Positions 27,254 to 32,000 of a stretch of DNA of 32,000 nt are shown piece by piece. The notes beneath the pieces were generated by a model. That model did not search any database and had not been told where the DNA came from. It saw only the letters and a program-made list of their open reading frames with translations. The stretch's first letter is position 1. Every line of letters starts with the position of its first letter. This DNA is from Methylorubrum extorquens (GTDB taxonomy: Bacteria; Pseudomonadota; Alphaproteobacteria; Rhizobiales; Beijerinckiaceae). The stretch is taken from assembly GCA_900234795.1 (NCBI GenBank), contig LT962688.1, positions 330,001 through 362,000 on the forward strand. The letters are read 5' to 3'. The translations under genes and the position numbers were made by a program.

Positions 27254-28258
27254 TTACAGCCAGCCCTTCGCCTTGAAATAGAGCAGCGGCACGATCGCCG
27301 AGATCGCGATCAGGGCGAGGCCGTAGGGGTAGCCGTAGGCCCAGTCGAGTTCGGGCATGTGCTTGAAGTTCATGCCGTAGAGCGAGGCCACCAGGGTCGG
27401 CGGCACGCCGACCACGGACACGACGGTGAGAACCCGGAAGGCGTTGTTCTGCTCGATATTGATGAGCCCGAGCGTCGCGTCGAGCAGGAACTGGACGGTC
27501 TCGGAGAGTCGCGTCTCGAACTCGTCCAGCGAAGCGATGTCCTGCGCCAGCGTGTCGAAGCGCGGCGCGTCGCCCTCCTTGAGAGTCTGCCCGCACTCGC
27601 TCTTGGCGAAAGCGATGATGCGCCCGAGCCCGAGCAGGCTGGCGCGGACCTTCGACAGCGACTTGCCGTGGCGCCCCACCGAACGGAGCAGGCGGCGCAG
27701 GGCAAGGTCGCGCCGCTTCGGCGCGGTCGTGTCACCCTTGCGTGCACCCGGCCGGGCGCCGGAATCGAAATCGAAGATGCGGGTGGAGAGCGCATCGAGA
27801 TCGCCCGACATCTCCTCCAGCAGGTCGGCGAGGTTGTCGACCAGTTCCTCGACCACGAGCAGGAACATGCCCGTGCTGGTGCTGCCGTCGCCGTCGCGCT
27901 CGTCCACACGCTTCCGGACCGCCGCGATGGCGCGCATGTCGTGGAAGCGCACAGTGACGAGATGGTCCGCGTTGAGCAGGAAGCCCAACGGCTTCAGGCT
28001 GAAATCGGAGCGGTCGAAGGTCACCATCGGTGTCGAGAGAGAGAGGCCGTCGCGGTTGCGGCGCAGGCGGCTCGACGACTCGACCTCGCTCAGCGCCGCA
28101 CGCGAAGGCACGCGGATGCCCGTCTTGCGTTCGACCTGCGCGGCCTCCTCGGCGGTCGGATCGTTCAGATCGATCCAGACCGCGTGATCGGGCAGGCTCG
28201 CGCCGCCTCCCGCGCCGCCGTGCTCGACCGCGCCGTTGGCCCCATGAAGGCTCATCAT
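27254..28258 (-). CDS. corA: Magnesium/cobalt transporter CorA
   Basis: The C-terminal signature is LYGMNFKHMPEL (GMN motif) with two C-terminal TM helices. The ATG at 28258 gives 334 aa. The GTG at 28354 would run into the groES promoter and is disfavoured. Confidence 0.9.
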   Translation of the reverse strand: MMSLHGANGAVEHGGAGGGASLPDHAVWIDLNDPTAEEAAQVERKTGIRVPSRAALSEVESSSRLRRNRDGLSLSTPMVTFDRSDFSLKPLGFLLNADHLVTVRFHDMRAIAAVRKRVDERDGDGSTSTGMFLLVVEELVDNLADLLEEMSGDLDALSTRIFDFDSGARPGARKGDTTAPKRRDLALRRLLRSVGRHGKSLSKVRASLLGLGRIIAFAKSECGQTLKEGDAPRFDTLAQDIASLDEFETRLSETVQFLLDATLGLINIEQNNAFRVLTVVSVVGVPPTLVASLYGMNFKHMPELDWAYGYPYGLALIAISAIVPLLYFKAKGWL

Positions 28259-28335
28259 CGGGAGAATGTGTCCCCGTCCGTCCCAGGCGCGCGAGAAATT
28301 CGCGTGAAACCGCCGCAGCCGGGAAGAAGCTGCGC

Positions 28336-28364
28336 CTTGACTCAAAAACGCCACGCGCCTATCT
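28336..28364 (+). promoter_or_regulatory. Sigma-70-type promoter of groESL (CTTGAC-N17-CTATCT)
   Basis: The hexamers and the 17-nt spacer were counted directly. They closely match the alphaproteobacterial housekeeping consensus CTTGAC-N17-CTATAT as I recall it. The CIRCE element begins 12 nt downstream. Confidence 0.6.
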
Positions 28365-28375
28365 CGCCAGCGTCG

Positions 28376-28402
28376 TTAGCACTCACTTGCTTGGAGTGCT
28401 AA
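28376..28402 (+). promoter_or_regulatory. CIRCE operator (HrcA binding site)
   Basis: TTAGCACTC-N9-GAGTGCTAA is a perfect match to the CIRCE consensus, 71 nt upstream of the groES ATG. Confidence 0.95.
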
Positions 28403-28472
28403 CAATCAGGTGGAGCGCGGTCGTCCCGGCCGCATGAAGACCAACCGCCATTCCGAAGCAAGAGGGCAGCTC

Positions 28473-28763
28473 ATGAAGTTCCGTCCGCTGCACGACCGCG
28501 TCGTCGTCCGTCGCATCGAGAGCGAAGAGAAGACGAAAGGCGGCATCATTATCCCGGATACCGCCAAGGAGAAGCCGCAAGAGGGCGAGATCGTCGCCGT
28601 CGGCCCCGGCGCTCGCGACGAGCAGGGCCGCGTCAACGCCCTCGACGTGAAGGTCGGTGACCGCGTGCTGTTCGGCAAGTGGTCCGGCACCGAGGTCAAG
28701 ATCGACGGCCAGGATCTCCTCATCATGAAGGAATCCGACATCATGGGCGTCGTCGCCCTCTAA
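28473..28763 (+). CDS. groES: Co-chaperonin GroES
   Basis: [46 protein letters not shown] is canonical GroES. The product is 96 aa. Confidence 0.97.
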   Translation: MKFRPLHDRVVVRRIESEEKTKGGIIIPDTAKEKPQEGEIVAVGPGARDEQGRVNALDVKVGDRVLFGKWSGTEVKIDGQDLLIMKESDIMGVVAL

Positions 28764-28849
28764 GGCGCGCAACCCCTCCACCGCCCTTCGAGGCCGCCAG
28801 GGCTTTTGCCCTCGGCCGGCTTCAGGGCCCCTTCCATCATTCGAGGTAA

Positions 28850-30496
<1,647 letters not shown>

Positions 30497-30525
30497 GTCC
30501 ACGCACCCAGTCGAAGAACGGAAGA

Positions 30526-30552
30526 GGGGTCGCCGAAAGGCGGCCCCTTTTT
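30526..30552 (+). terminator. Rho-independent terminator of groESL
   Basis: GGGGTCGCC-GAAA-GGCGGCCCC forms a 9-bp stem with one G-U pair and a GNRA-type loop, followed by TTTTT, 30 nt after the stop. Confidence 0.85.
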
Positions 30553-30755
30553 CGTCGATGGCACCGCGGTTCGCCGACGATGAGGGGACGTGCGCGGACG
30601 CTTCCCCGTGAAAAGCGCGCGGGGTTTATCCTATGCAGTGGCCGGAGGCGCCGAGCCTCGGGCAGCGTCGGCGCGTTGTCGGCCTGACGTTTGCGAGTAC
30701 CGTGACGGACCGTATACCCGCCCCATCGCCCTCTGACCTCCATGCCCGCGAGACG

Positions 30756-30977
30756 ATGCTGAGTCTGATGCAGGCGCTGACCGAGGGAATACGGATCGAT
30801 AGCCTGATGGCCGATCAGCTTTCTCAGATCTCCGAGCGCGCCCGGCTCTGCGGCGAGGCCGAGATGGCCGACGGGCTGCTCGACGTCACGCGGCAGCACC
30901 GGGTCGCGGTCCTGGAAGGGCAGGGCCGACTCGCCGCCGTCGAAGCGCGGTACGCGGTGCTGTATCCGGAGATATAG
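30756..30977 (+). CDS. Small hypothetical helical protein (73 aa from ATG 30756; the ORF is open from 30633)
   Basis: GC3 rises in the second half of the ORF. I recognise no motif. It is convergent with the 174-aa ORF. The start is uncertain. Confidence 0.35.
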   Translation: MLSLMQALTEGIRIDSLMADQLSQISERARLCGEAEMADGLLDVTRQHRVAVLEGQGRLAAVEARYAVLYPEI

Positions 30978-31001
30978 GCAGCCGTTTTGAGCGGAAGGGC
31001 T

Positions 31002-31526
31002 TCAGCCCTTCTTCTTCTTGCCCTTCCGATCCTTCTCCTTGTCCTTCTTCTCCCGGCTGTCCTTCGTGGGCGGCGCGTCGTGGTCCTTGCCGTCCCACAC
31101 CGCGGAGAAGGGACGGCTGGCAAGGGCGCGCTCCGGAGGCGTCTCGCCTGCACGCAGCTTCGCCGGATTGTCTTCGGCGCGGGTCTCGCCCTTGCGGAAC
31201 GGCGCGTCGCCGGCCGCCAGAGCGCTGAAGCGGTGGCGGTGCCACCCCGGCGTCGCGGTCTTCAGCGAGGGGTGGTGCGGGTCGAGGCGAGTCACCACTC
31301 CCTTCACCTCGGCCTCGGACATCCCGTCGGCGATCAGGGCGAAGGTCTCGCTGCCCAGCACCTCGCGGATCAGACGCAGCGATGCCACGCGCAAGGCCCG
31401 GGCCTTGAGCTGCTTCACGACGAGGGCACGGGCGGCTTTGGGAATCTCGGTGCGGATGTCGGGAAACGCTTCCGGCGCGGAGGCCATCGCCTGCAACACG
31501 GCATAGCCATCGACATCAAGGGCCAT
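31002..31526 (-). CDS. Hypothetical protein (174 aa) with a helical N-terminal domain, a disordered middle and a Lys-rich C-terminal tail; candidate partner of the upstream ParA-like ATPase
   Basis: The ATG at 31526 has a GAAGGAAA SD and overlaps the ParA-like gene by 11 nt. The C-terminus is KDSREKKDKEKDRKGKKKKG. I recognise no family. Confidence 0.6.
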   Translation of the reverse strand: MALDVDGYAVLQAMASAPEAFPDIRTEIPKAARALVVKQLKARALRVASLRLIREVLGSETFALIADGMSEAEVKGVVTRLDPHHPSLKTATPGWHRHRFSALAAGDAPFRKGETRAEDNPAKLRAGETPPERALASRPFSAVWDGKDHDAPPTKDSREKKDKEKDRKGKKKKG

Positions 31527-32000
31527 GGAGGATTTCCTTCACTTCCGCGACCAGCGGGATCAGCACGTTGGGGACATGGGCGCCGTACTTGGCGGAGAAG
31601 GTCGGGGGCGCCCCGTCGGCCGGGACCAGCGCGTCGGCGAGCGCCGCCGCCTGAGGAATGCGGGTTTCGAGCAAATGGAAGCCGGCATCCTCGGCCCGCG
31701 CCTCCGCCTGGAGCCGGGCCAGGGTTCGCTGATGCTGGCGCACCTGGGCCTGGAAGCGGGTGACGAGGACGTAGGGTGCGCTCTTCGGGGCGATATGGCT
31801 CGCCTGCCGGCTGGAGCGCCGCCAGATCGTCTCGACAAAGGCATTGAGCCCGTAGGTCGAGAGAAAGTCGGGGATCGAGGTGACGAGAACGAGGTCGGCG
31901 GCGCGCACCGCCACCTCGGTGATCGGCGAGATACCCGGCGCGCAGTCAAAGAAGACGTAGTCGTAATGCCGCGCCAGCGGCACGAAGTCGTCGTGAAAGA
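31516..32000 (-). CDS. ParA/MinD-family P-loop ATPase, C-terminal part (5' end lies outside the window)
   Basis: The frame is open to the window edge (...FHDDFVPLARHYDYVFFDCAPGISPITEVAVRAADLVLVTSIPDFLS...). The hhhhDCxPG Walker B-like context and the overall pattern fit the ParA/MinD/CobQ deviant Walker ATPase fold. The N-terminal P-loop is not visible. Confidence 0.65.
   Translation of the reverse strand, partial: FHDDFVPLARHYDYVFFDCAPGISPITEVAVRAADLVLVTSIPDFLSTYGLNAFVETIWRRSSRQASHIAPKSAPYVLVTRFQAQVRQHQRTLARLQAEARAEDAGFHLLETRIPQAAALADALVPADGAPPTFSAKYGAHVPNVLIPLVAEVKEILHGP

Noticed and set aside
28259-28354. An extended corA start at GTG 28354.
   Set aside because: The extension would overlap the groES -35/-10 promoter, adds non-conserved Arg/Ser-rich residues and makes the protein longer than typical CorA. 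The ATG at 28258 (or 28255) gives 334 aa.
30994-31019. Hairpin GAAGGGC-TTCA-GCCCTTC followed by TTCTTCTT, as a possible terminator of the 30756-30977 ORF.
   Set aside because: It lies inside the Lys-codon (AAG/CTT) tail and stop codon of the minus-strand 174-aa ORF, so the T-rich run is a by-product of poly-Lys coding. The stem is only 7 bp. This is possible but unsupported.

Overview
This is a very G+C-rich (GC3-dominated) alphaproteobacterial chromosomal window, Methylobacterium/Rhizobiales-like by protein similarity recalled from memory. Positions 1-5766 hold the distal end of a photosynthesis gene cluster, a tightly coupled lhaA(partial)-puhA-puhB-puhC-orf98-acsF-puhE-hemA operon. The rest is mainly housekeeping: clpS-clpA, a D-Ala-D-Ala carboxypeptidase with a SPOR domain, an HtrA/DegP-like protease, a DUF817 membrane protein, methylmalonyl-CoA mutase, manC, glpD, a Pit phosphate transporter, a stand-alone glcE, a Wzx/MOP-type flippase, corA, and groES-groEL with a textbook CIRCE operator. 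I found no rRNA, tRNA, CRISPR array, transposase or recognisable defence system. Two genes look disrupted: a membrane J-domain gene is split by a 1-nt frameshift in a GGGGCCC run, and a marC-family gene carries an in-frame TGA. The less explained parts are listed below.
- Three tiny membrane-protein ORFs sit directly upstream of glpD; the last overlaps the glpD start.
- A truncated ParA/MinD-like ATPase gene overlaps a 174-aa ORF with a disordered, lysine-rich tail at the window edge.
- A roughly 500-bp AT-richer non-coding island lies at 13053-13563.
- A 16-bp tandem repeat lies upstream of glcE.
- Several strong intergenic hairpins and palindromes are present.
The many long ORFs antisense to real genes are high-GC artefacts. 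All functional calls rest on motifs read from the translations and on recalled family knowledge; no database search was possible.
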